From Myxococcales bacterium (lineage in GTDB: Bacteria > Myxococcota_A > UBA9042), in contig JBBISH010000050.1 in the NCBI GenBank assembly GCA_037441385.1, positions 1 to 41,390 of the forward strand: 41,390 bases of DNA, read 5' to 3'. Made by a program: the position numbers and the translations under genes. The notes under the pieces are model-generated. The model had not been told where the DNA came from. It was given only the letters and a program-made list of their open reading frames with translations, and ran no database searches. Positions 8,725 to 18,800 of the stretch are shown piece after piece (the stretch's first letter is position 1; each line of letters opens with the position of its first letter).

Positions 8725-10874
8725 TTCGGCACGCAGACAGCGACGGTGGGGTCATCGGCGGGGTCGCTGGTGCCGGCGCCGTGTAGCGCTGCCTTGCCAC
8801 AGGTCCAGCCGCTGGGACAGTCGGCGTCGCCGCCGGGACAGTACGAGGTGCATTGGCCGCCGGGCAGGCACTGCTGGCCGGTCGGGCAGACACCGCACTT
8901 GGCCCCGATGGCCACTTTGGGCACCTGCGCGCACACAAAGCGCGGGCCCAAGTTCGCGGCGTCCACCAACGCGATGCAGGTTTCGTTGGTGCCTTTGCAG
9001 TCGCTTTGGGCCTTGCACGGCGTGGTCGAGCCGGCAATGAGCGTGCAGACGGGCGCAAAGCCGGCGACGGCCGCAATGCCGCTTGGCACAGGCATGCCGA
9101 CGCAAGTCTGGTTGACCGCGCATTCGGCGTCGGCGGCGCAGTATTGCCGACACTTGCCGTCCAAGCACAGGCCGGTGGCGCACTGGGCGCCGAACTGGCA
9201 GGGCGACCCTGGCACGGCACCAGGCCACGGCGCGCTGCAGGTGCCCAAGAACTTGCCGCCGCCCGCGAAGTAGGCGCCGGTGCACCACGCATTCTTGCAC
9301 GCGGCGTCGCTGGCGCAGAATTGGACATCGCACAGGCCCGCGGGGGTGCACGCGGTCGTCGCCTTCGGGCAGCCGAGCACGGTGGCTTTGGCCGTCTTGC
9401 AGTCCGGGTCCTGCGCGCCGCAGCCGCAATCGCAGCCCAGTTGGTCGCCGTACAGCGTCATGTCGCACTTCCAGGCCTTGGGGACGCATTTGCCAGTCCA
9501 GGCGCAGGTTTCGGTGCCGGTGCAGGTGCCGCATACGCCGCCGCATCCGTCGTCGCCGCAGGTCTTGCTGGTGCACTGGGGCTTGCAGGTGGCCGTGCAC
9601 TTGCCGTCGCTGCCGCAGTACGGCGACGCGCCCGCACAGGTGCCGCAGGACCCGCCGCAGCCGTCGGAGCCGCAGGTTTTGCCGGCGCAGTTGGGGGTGC
9701 AGGTGCACTTGGCGCCGAAGTCGGCGCAGCAGTTGCCCAATTGGGCGCATTTTTCGGTGCAGGAACAGCCGCTCTCTGCCTTGCTGCCGCAGTGGCCTTG
9801 GCACGAGTAGGGGCTGGGCCCGCTGGAAATGCACTGACCGCTGCCGCACACCTGATCGGCGGGGCAGGTGCCGCACGCGCCGCCGCAGCCGTCGCTGCCA
9901 CAGGTCGCCGTCTTGCAGGCCAATGGCTGGGCGCCGCATTTGTCCACGCAGGCGCCCCCGTCGCACGCCTTGCCGTCGGCGCACAGCCCGCACAGGCCGC
10001 CGCAGCCGTCAGCGCCGCAGGTCTTTCCGGTGCAGTCGGGAACGCAGGCCTGGCAAGCGCCGGCCGCGCACTTGTCGCCGGCGTTGCATCCGTACAGCGG
10101 CAGGCTGGCGTACTGACAGTCCGGATCGGGCACGCCGCAGTCACAATCGCAGGCATCCAGCGCGGCGTAGGCGTTTTTGGGGCAGGTCCAACCGGCGGGC
10201 ACCTTGCTCGTGCACTGGCCTTGGGCGTCACAGACCTCTAGGTCCGCGCAACCAGAGAGCGGCAGGCCCTTGTCCGCGCAGTCCGGGTCCGGTACACCGC
10301 AGCCGCAGTCGCAACTGTCGCCGGCGGCATACCATGCGGGTTTGCACGTCCAGCCTGTGGGAACGCAGTGGCCTTCGGTGCAGGTGGTGCCACTGGCGCA
10401 GGTGCCGCACTCGCCGCCGCAGCCGTCGTCGCCGCAGGTCAGTCCGAGGCAGGCTGGAACGCACGTGGCGCCGCACTTGCCGACGAGCGTGTCGCAGAAC
10501 GGCTTGGCCGGGTCCTTGCATGTGCCACAGGTGCCGCCGCAGCCGTCGTCGCCGCAGTCCTTGCCGACGCACACGGGGATGCAGGCTGGGGGCGAGGCAT
10601 CGGCGGCGGCGTCGACCGCGGTGTCGGCAGCTGCGTCCGACGTATCCGCGGCGTCGGCGGCGGTGTCAGCGCTGGCATCGCCGGTCGCGTCTTGGGCAGG
10701 GGCTAGGCATGCGCCATCGGCCTGGACCGTGCCGGGGCCGCAGGTCACGGCGTCGGCGGACGGCACGCACTTGCCGGCCTTTTCGACCGTGCCGGCCCCG
10801 CACGACAGGGGGGCTCCGCCGCAAGCGGGGCACCAAGAGGCTACGATGGCCAGGAAGGCAAGGCGCTGGATCAT
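8721..10874 (-). CDS. Cys-rich secreted protein/lipoprotein, paralogous to the N-terminal half of 6244-8724
   Basis: Signal peptide ending in PAC, shared CGAGTVxKxGKCV repeat, 6 CGxDGCGG repeats, 3 WxC...CDCxCGxxDPDC modules and a somatomedin-B-like module. ATGA overlaps at both ends. Confidence 0.9.
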   Translation of the reverse strand: MIQRLAFLAIVASWCPACGGAPLSCGAGTVEKAGKCVPSADAVTCGPGTVQADGACLAPAQDATGDASADTAADAADTSDAAADTAVDAAADASPPACIPVCVGKDCGDDGCGGTCGTCKDPAKPFCDTLVGKCGATCVPACLGLTCGDDGCGGECGTCASGTTCTEGHCVPTGWTCKPAWYAAGDSCDCGCGVPDPDCADKGLPLSGCADLEVCDAQGQCTSKVPAGWTCPKNAYAALDACDCDCGVPDPDCQYASLPLYGCNAGDKCAAGACQACVPDCTGKTCGADGCGGLCGLCADGKACDGGACVDKCGAQPLACKTATCGSDGCGGACGTCPADQVCGSGQCISSGPSPYSCQGHCGSKAESGCSCTEKCAQLGNCCADFGAKCTCTPNCAGKTCGSDGCGGSCGTCAGASPYCGSDGKCTATCKPQCTSKTCGDDGCGGVCGTCTGTETCAWTGKCVPKAWKCDMTLYGDQLGCDCGCGAQDPDCKTAKATVLGCPKATTACTPAGLCDVQFCASDAACKNAWCTGAYFAGGGKFLGTCSAPWPGAVPGSPCQFGAQCATGLCLDGKCRQYCAADAECAVNQTCVGMPVPSGIAAVAGFAPVCTLIAGSTTPCKAQSDCKGTNETCIALVDAANLGPRFVCAQVPKVAIGAKCGVCPTGQQCLPGGQCTSYCPGGDADCPSGWTCGKAALHGAGTSDPADDPTVAVCVPK

Positions 10875-12814
10875 TTGTCGCCGCCTTTGTGGCCGGCCGC
10901 GCTGCCAGAACCGACCAGACGGAACGGTGGCGCCACGCGCCCCGGCTCCAAGTAGTTCTTGAGTGACTCGCGCACCTTGGCCGATGGCTCCTGGTCCAGG
11001 GCCTGTTTGAGCACGTCGTCCAGGGCCGGGGCGTCCAGCGCCCAGGCAGCGATGGTGTTCGCCGCGCCCATCCGCACGAATTCATTGCGGTCGGTCAGCA
11101 GCGCCTTCTGCACCAGCGGCAGCAAAAGGGCCGGGCCGAGAAAGCGCGCGGCTTGCAACAGGTTGTCGCGCACATGGATGGAATCGTCCGTTTTCATCGC
11201 CTTTTGCATGGCCGGCAGCACCGCGACCGGGTCCTGGAAGCGCAGCGCCAGCGCCGCGACCACCCGCACCCGTTCGTGTGGCGACTGGAGGGCCTGCAGT
11301 AGCGGGTCCAGAGCCTCCGGCGCTCCGGTGTTGCCCAACGCCGCCACCCAGTTCGCAAGGTCCTGAATTGCTGGTGGCTGGCCGTGAGCCGGGGGCGCCA
11401 GCAACTCCTTGGTGTGCTCGGCCATCTCTGCCACGCCGGTCGATTTGGCTGGACCGTCCTGGTGCGCCAGCGCGGCGCCGAGCGTCATGGCGGCCATACC
11501 AGCAAAGGCCAGGTCTCCGGTGGCAAAGGCCATTTTGCGCAGCGAATCGGTGAACGCCGTGTCGGGACTGGGCACGAACACCGCGCCTTGCAGCGCGCGC
11601 TCGCGCAGCGGGTCTGGGAGGTCGCGGTCTGCCGCCAGTCCGACCAGCGCCTGGCGGGCCGCGGACGTATCTGCGCGCACTAGGGCCTCGATCAGCGTGC
11701 GCTCCACGGCCTCTTGCGCCACGCCGCCACGCAGCTGCTGCACGATTTGCGGCACGAGCGCAGGCTCCTGGGCCAGCTTGTCCGCCAAGTCATTGGCAAC
11801 CTTGGCGCGGTCGGCAACATTCTTGGCGGTGCCCGCCCGGGCAGCGGCGGCCAACAACTCGTCATAGCTTGCATCGATGCGGCGCGCCGAACTGCCCGCG
11901 GCCGCCGACGCGTCGAACGCCAGGAACCGCTTTGGATCCAGGCCACGCGCGAAGGTCGCGCTGGTCGTACCCTGGCGCTGCAGCGCCACCGTGGTCTCGT
12001 GGCGAATGCGGTCGGCCTTGCCGGGCACCCCCAGATCCATTTCGCCTTTTTGGGTTACCTGCACCGACTGCAATTGACCGTCGTGCCAGCGAAACGTCGC
12101 CGTCGACGTCAGGCGATACCCCGGCTGTCGCGGCGCCCCCGGCCGGTCGTCGTCGGTCGTGGCCTGGAACGTCTTTTCCACGCTGCCGTCTTGCCGCCGG
12201 GTATAGCTCGCCTGGTAGGCGCCATTGACGTCGGTCTCTTGTGCCTGCCAGATCGTCGCCGCCGGGTCGGCCGGGCGCGCGAACTGGATGGCCCGGACAA
12301 TGGTCGCCAACAGCCCGCGAGCCCCAAGGCGAACGCCAGGCTGGAAGCGCACTTGCTGGACCCGCCCGTCGGCCGCTTGCTCGGTCAGCCAGGTCGTCTG
12401 GACGTCCAGACCTGCCGTGGCAGAGAAGTCGGTCAGGCTGCGGCCGGCCTCGTCGAGGTCCAGCTGCGCCTGGGTGATCCGCGCGGCCGCTATGCCGTGG
12501 GCGTCGGCGGCGGTTGCCTCCAGCGTCGCTTTGAGCGCCACGGTGCCGACCTTGCGGGCCTGTCCGTCCGGCACGTCCAGCGTCAGCCCATACTGCAGCT
12601 CGTAGCGGGCCGCCTCGGCGCCGGCCACGACCATGGCGGATGCGGGCACAGGTGCAGGCGCGGCCTGGGCCTTTGGCTGGGCAGTGGGCGGCGCAGGTCG
12701 CACCACCAGCGTGTGCGGCGGAGCGGGCTGAACCGGCCACAACGTCACGGCCGCCACCACCGCCAGCAAAGTGAGCGCCACCACGGCCAGGAACCATCGG
12801 ATGCGGGTCGTCAT
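10871..12814 (-). CDS. Vitellogenin/MTP N-terminal-like (large lipid transfer protein-like) protein with HEAT-like alpha-solenoid
   Basis: N-terminal hydrophobic anchor, Pro/Ala linker, beta-rich domain with GRVQQVRF...RGLLATIVRAIQF...ETDVNGAYQASY, then helical repeats with LIEALVRADT, AAMTLG, AALGNTG, RVRVVAALALR. RBS AGGGGG precedes the ATG. The gene call is solid; the family call is by motif order. Confidence 0.7.
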   Translation of the reverse strand: MTTRIRWFLAVVALTLLAVVAAVTLWPVQPAPPHTLVVRPAPPTAQPKAQAAPAPVPASAMVVAGAEAARYELQYGLTLDVPDGQARKVGTVALKATLEATAADAHGIAAARITQAQLDLDEAGRSLTDFSATAGLDVQTTWLTEQAADGRVQQVRFQPGVRLGARGLLATIVRAIQFARPADPAATIWQAQETDVNGAYQASYTRRQDGSVEKTFQATTDDDRPGAPRQPGYRLTSTATFRWHDGQLQSVQVTQKGEMDLGVPGKADRIRHETTVALQRQGTTSATFARGLDPKRFLAFDASAAAGSSARRIDASYDELLAAAARAGTAKNVADRAKVANDLADKLAQEPALVPQIVQQLRGGVAQEAVERTLIEALVRADTSAARQALVGLAADRDLPDPLRERALQGAVFVPSPDTAFTDSLRKMAFATGDLAFAGMAAMTLGAALAHQDGPAKSTGVAEMAEHTKELLAPPAHGQPPAIQDLANWVAALGNTGAPEALDPLLQALQSPHERVRVVAALALRFQDPVAVLPAMQKAMKTDDSIHVRDNLLQAARFLGPALLLPLVQKALLTDRNEFVRMGAANTIAAWALDAPALDDVLKQALDQEPSAKVRESLKNYLEPGRVAPPFRLVGSGSAAGHKGGDK

Positions 12815-12826
12815 GGTCGTCGCCCC

Positions 12827-15800
12827 CTATTGGTTGACCGTGAAGTGTTGGAAGTCAATCTTCTTGGTGAACAGGTCCGACTCCTCTAGGTTCCAGGTGA
12901 GCTCCCAGCCGTCGAACGAGAAGATCTTCAGCTTCTTGGAGATCTTGGCCGGCCCCACGCCCGCCACTGCCTTGGCCGTCAGGTCCAACTTGAGAATCGT
13001 CAGCACCATGTCGACCGTGCGGGTGAACTTGACGATGAACAGGTTCTGCACGGTGCTGCTTGGCGTTACCGTTTCATCGACTGCGGCGGCGATCGTCAGG
13101 CCCCACTTCACCGGGAACGCCAGTTCGACGATGGTAATCGCTGCCTCGACCGCCACATACAGCTTGGCCAGCCCTTCCGAAGCGCCCGCCGTGCCGGTGA
13201 CGGTCAGGTTGACGCCAATCTTGGGTGTGACCTCGTAGGCCGGCTCCTGCGTGTCCTTGTCTACCGCGACGCCAAGCGCCAGGCACGCGTCGATAGTGAC
13301 CGCGGCCTCCATCTTGACCGGCACCGGGCCGATGAAGTTGTACGCCGTGTAGCACAACGGGCCCTTTTCGGTGTACTTCTGGATGTTGCTGCCCTGATAT
13401 AGGTTGGGTTTGCAGCCACCGGGCGACGGGTAGCACTTCTCCTTGGCCGGGATCTTGAGCTTCTTCTTGACGAGGTCGAGCGGATTGAAGCCGTCCGTGC
13501 CGCCTGGGCCACAGGTTCCGCCGGGCGGTGGCGTGTATTCGCCGTCTTTCCAGCTTGCGCCGGGGCAGCCGACGCCCGGTTCCAACTTGCCGGGCAGCGC
13601 CATGCCCATCAGCAGGACCTGGCCCAGGAACGAGGTCTTCTCTTCGTCCATGGTGCCGAACATGGTGCTCTGGATGCCGAAAATCTCCTGGGTGGCGCCA
13701 AAGAACTCTAGGTCGTGCACATTCTTGACGGCGATCGAGTAGCTGCGCTTTTGCTTGTCGGTCAGCTTGGCCTTGGGGTCGTCCACCTTCTTGACTTGCG
13801 CGGTGGTGACGTTGCGCTGCACCAGCCGCACCGGGCTGATGTCGCCTTCCTCGCTGTTCTGCTGGTCCTTCTTGTCGCCCGCCGAGGTGTCGTCCAGGCG
13901 GCCGTAGCCCTCTTCGCAGACGTGGGTGTCGCGGGCGCAGAAGCCGCTCTGGCAGAACTGGTCGGCCAGCTTGATGTCCACGCCCTCGGGTGGGCAGGGT
14001 GTGCCGTCTGGGTACTGGTTGGGCGCGCAAACCTGATAGTTGAGCTCGGGATCGAAGAACGGCGACGTCATGGGGTCTGACTTGCCACCCGCCTTGTACT
14101 GCGGGGTGAAGCAGGCCTGGAAACCGAAGAATCCCCAGGTCTTGATCCACTCAAGGTAGCTATCTTGGTCAAAGACCATCTCGATGAGTTTGGGCCCCAT
14201 GCCCTTGGCGATCATGTCGGCGACGTCTTTGGGCTTGACGATGTAGTTCAAGGGCTTGTTGAGCACCAGCATGGCCAGTGCCCCAACGTCGAGGTTGTCG
14301 CCCATGTATTCGATGCCGGGCTGGCCGAGCAGGCGGTTTGCCACCCCGGTATGGACCATGCTCTTGCACAGTTGCGGCGACATCAGCCGCCAGCGCTTGA
14401 CCCACATTGGCTTGCCCGAATACTGCGTTGGGTCGCAGTCGCCGCACACCGCCACGTCTGTGCCGCCCACACCCGCACCCTTGAGCAGCTTGGTCTGGCG
14501 GTGGATCGCTGCGCAGTCCGGCGCCGCACCGCCTGCGCACCGGCCCCGCTGGCCGTCGTTGGACGACGCGGTCGCGACGGGCGGACAGGTGGCGCCGGTG
14601 CTAGCCTCGGGGCCCTTGTTGGTGGGTATGTAGCTCATGTCGAACTTCTTGTCGCAGGTCAGCGGTTGCTTGTTGAGCCCGTTCCAGGTTGGGCACTTGC
14701 CGCCACTACACGCGGGGCTCCAGTTCACGTCCACTTGGTAGATGGGCTCCGTGGTCTTGACGCACTTGCCGGTCACCTTGCACTGCAGGTCGTCCATGCA
14801 GACTTCGCCGGCTTGCGCCGTTGGGGTCCAGATGCATGCGCCGGTGTCGGGTTCTATTTCGGGCGGCGCGAAGTACGCCTTGCAGTCCTTGGAGCAGGTG
14901 GTGTGCTTGGTGTCTGGGAAAGCGGCGGCGGCGACCACGCAGGTGCGGCCCAGCACCCCGCACACCTTCTCGCACTCTGGCGTGATGACCTTGGCGGCAC
15001 AGCGCCCGCTTTGGTTGCTGCAGAAGTCCGTCTCGCACTGGGCGTCCACGGCACACGGCGCAAAGAACGGCAGGCGCTGAACGCAGGTGGCGCCCAGTTC
15101 GGCGGCCGCTTCCACGTGTTTGCCGTCGCAGGCTGCGCACACCGGCGTCGCGCCGCCCTTGCCGGGGCTGCACACACGGCCGGCCGCGCCGCAGCCGACG
15201 GTGGCGCAGTCCTGGTCGCACAGGCGGGTCAGCTCCAGGTCAGCCAGCGCACGGCTGTACAGGCGAACGCTTGAGAACGACACCGACTTGCCAGCCGGCG
15301 CACTCATGCGGAAAGTGGCGTTGCTGGCCGTCTGGCCGGCGGATGCGGCGCTGGTCTGCGTGGCGGCCACCTTGACCTTGGCCGGCGGCATTTGCAGTTT
15401 GCCGGCGGCCGCCAGGTTGCTGGTACCGAACGCCACGCGGGGCGCTGTGCCGTCGTAGGCCAGTGCGACCGCCAACTCGAAGGACTGACTGGACGAGCTG
15501 AGCGTGGCCCCGCGGGTCTCGGACGACCAGTTGACGGTCTTGCCCTCTGTGGTGCGCCCGGCAAAGTCTACCCGGCACGCGATGGCGCTGCCGGTGCGCG
15601 AACACGCCAGCGAGGCGGAGAAACTCGTGCTGGCGGTGCCATCGTCCAGCCGCACCAGCGGCAGGTTGGCCGGCGTGCTGGCCGTGAGCTGCACGCGCCC
15701 CGACCAACTGAAGGCGCGCACACCGCTTGGATCGAGCGCCCGGAAGCGGCCGCGCGCCGGCACCGACACTTGCGCCAGGTTGCCGTTGTCCAGCGTCAGC

Positions 15801-18800
15801 GGCCCATTGGCGTCCGCGCCGGTCCACGCGCTGCCATCCGCCTTGCGCGCCCGCGGCCGATCGAGATCCGCCGCGCCGCCGTTGTGGTGGAAGTTCGCGT
15901 AGTCGCGCAGCCGCAGTTCGCCAGAGGCATTGTAGCGCTGGCCGTCCAGCCACACTTGCGGGCCCAAGCCGCGCCACGCGTCCAGTTCGGTGTCGCCGAG
16001 CGCCCGGCCGAACAGCGCCGCCCAGCCAAGGTCCACGCCGCCGCCCGCCTCGAAGGTGCGCGCCTGCTGCATGTTGGCTCCAACAAACAGGGGCGTGGCG
16101 GTGGCCAGCGAGTGGACGCCGACGCGGTAACCGTCCACATACACTGCCTGACTGGCGCCGGATTGGACCAGGGCCACGAATGCCCATTCGTCTGCGGCCA
16201 GCCCGTGCTCGCACGCCGGCGCGGCCGGTACCTGCGTCGCGCCGGTGAATGCGGTCACCGCGCGATTTTGGCAGCCACTGCCGATGGCGATGGTTGCCTG
16301 AGGCGACTTGTCCAGCAGCAGGCGCATCAGCGGCTTGCCGGCCGTCAGCGTCCCCGTACGCACCCAACCGGCGAACGTGAAGTCGGTCAGGGGCGCCAAA
16401 TCGGCGTCTGCGACGCTCGGCGCGTAGGTGGCGCCCGCGCTCAGCCCCAGCGCCTGCCAGCTTGCCTGCAGCGGCAGCGTGTCGTTGGGCCCGGTCAGAT
16501 TGGCGGCCACTACCGGCTGCGTCACCGCCTTGCCCGCGGTCATCCCGATGTTGCCGGCCACGACGCGCGCCGGGTCCATCACCGGCCACACCCGCAGCAG
16601 GCCCTCTTGACGCTTGGCGATGAGCGCACCGATCTCGTCGTCGGACAGCGCGCGGTCATACACGAAGACATCATCCAGGTGGGCCACCGCCGCCAACCGG
16701 CCACCGGCCACGTGACTGTGGTTGGGGGGCACACCAAGCAGCGGGCCGGCGCCCAGCACGACTTCGTTGAACACCGGCTGGTAGGCCAGCGTGTCCGTCG
16801 CTTGGGCAATACCGTCCAGGTACAGCCGGCGGATACCGGGACCGCGGTCCGGCGGGTACGGGTGGTAGGTAACGGCGACGTGGTGCCACACATCGCGGTC
16901 AATCGGTGCTTGCGAACGCAACGTGCTGTTGTCTGGGCCCACCAGTGGCGGCGTACCCATTTGCAGGCGCAGGCGGCCACCGGCATCGCTTGGTTCCACG
17001 ACCACTGCGCCCGCGTCGCCGGGTGCGTCGTAGTCACACCCCGCGCGCACCACCAGCCTGGACGACACACCGGTCTGGTCTTTGCACGGGTCCCCAGTGA
17101 TGGGCAGCAGGTCGAGTTCGCACTCCGACTTGTTCAGGCATGCGGCTTCCACGAGCTTCTGGGCGTCAACCGCCTGGCAACGGTAGTCCGGCAGCACCTG
17201 GGCGTACTTGCCGCAGGTGCCATTGGGGGTCGGACTGCCGGCGGTCGAGCCGTAATAGGCGCGAATCCAACGTACGGTGGATTTGGGCTGCGCACTCGGC
17301 CAGGGGTTCGGGCAGGTCAGCTTGACCTTGGAATCGCCGGTGCGCGACCAGTTGCAGGTGACCAGATCGGTCGCCGCCGCCTTGAGCGACAGCAGCGGAT
17401 TGGCGACATCCGGCGCGTCCTTGGGCACCTTGAACCACGCGCCGACCGACCAGCCACCGCGGTTCGGTCCGCCCTCGAAGGGGCGACGCGGCAGGACCTG
17501 GTCCAGCAGAACGCGTTGGGTCGCGAACGACGGGACGCCCCCCTTGTCGAAGCCAAAGCCGCCGCCCTGGCTGCCGGCTACTTCGGCCACGACGCCGTCG
17601 GGTTTGAGTAGGCCCGTCACCAAGGTAGAGGTCGGAGGACCTGCGCTCACATTCGGCCGTGGGGTGTAGGCGACCAACCCCTCTAGGGGGTAGGGCTGCC
17701 CTGACGGCAGCACTTGATCGACGCCGCTGACCAGGTTCACCAGCGTCTGGAACGCGGTGCCCGGCGCAATTTGGCCCTGTGCGTACGGCGCCGGCCACGG
17801 CGGCAAGAAGCTGCCGGGCACGGCACAGCTTCCGCAATCGGCGACGCACGTGCTGCACGTCTCGCCCAGCGCCGCTTCGCAGGTCTTGTTGCCGCAGGCG
17901 TTCGGCTTGGGCTTGGCAGACTGGCACCACGCCGCGTAGTTGCTGCAGCAATCGCCGCGCTTTTCGCAGCCCGTGTCGCATTGGCACGGCCAGAACGAGT
18001 TGGGCGCTTCGCCGCACAGCCCACTGCAGCTGCCCTGGCTGCCGCCGAGCATTGGCTTTTCGCACTGGCCCGTGCCGTAGTTGCAGACGGTGCCGGTGCT
18101 GGGCTTGCAGCCGCCGCACAGTTGGCCGCACTTGTTGGTTTCGCAGGGCTTCTTGCCGGTGCAGGAGCCGCAGTCCTTGCAGATTTGCTCCGGGAGCGGC
18201 GCCAACACGGTCTTGCCGAGCTTGCCGCAGTTGATCTCGTAGGTGACGCTGTCGCGGCCACAGTCAGGGGTAGTGCCGCCACAAGTCGCGACCTGCAAGC
18301 CCATGCCGCCCTTGTAGTATTGCCGCATGGCGGGCGTGCTGGCGATGCAGCAACCTTCGAGCGGCGTGGACCATTTGACCAGTTGCGGATCCGGCAGGCA
18401 CTTGGCGTCGGCCCCGCAGATGGCGCCGCCCACGCAGGTGCCGCACTTGCCGCCGCAGCCGTCGTCGCCGCACTGTTTGCCGGCGCACTGGGGCACGCAC
18501 TTGGGCGTGGTGCCGAACGCGGCCTTGGGGTACTTGCCGGTCGGGTCCGCACCGCCCCCGGTGCCGCACGAGTAGGCGCCGATGCCGGCGTTCCAGCCGC
18601 AGAAGGCCTCGCTGGTGCAGTCCTGGGTGACGATTTTGCCGTTGGTGCAGTATTGCAGGGTCTCGCCGCTGCAGGCGCCCTGCCAGGGCGTGTTCTCGCA
18701 CGTGGGCTTGGGCGGGATGAGTTCGCACTTGGTGCCCACACACTGTTGGCCAGTGGGGCAGGCTTGGCAGTTGCCGCCGCAGCCGTCGTCGCCGCAGCCC

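Noticed and set aside
12827..13400. Autotransporter beta-barrel at the end of the giant protein
   Set aside because: No terminal aromatic beta-signal, and the strand pattern lacks the usual autotransporter motifs. It is kept only as an alternative to be excluded by modelling.
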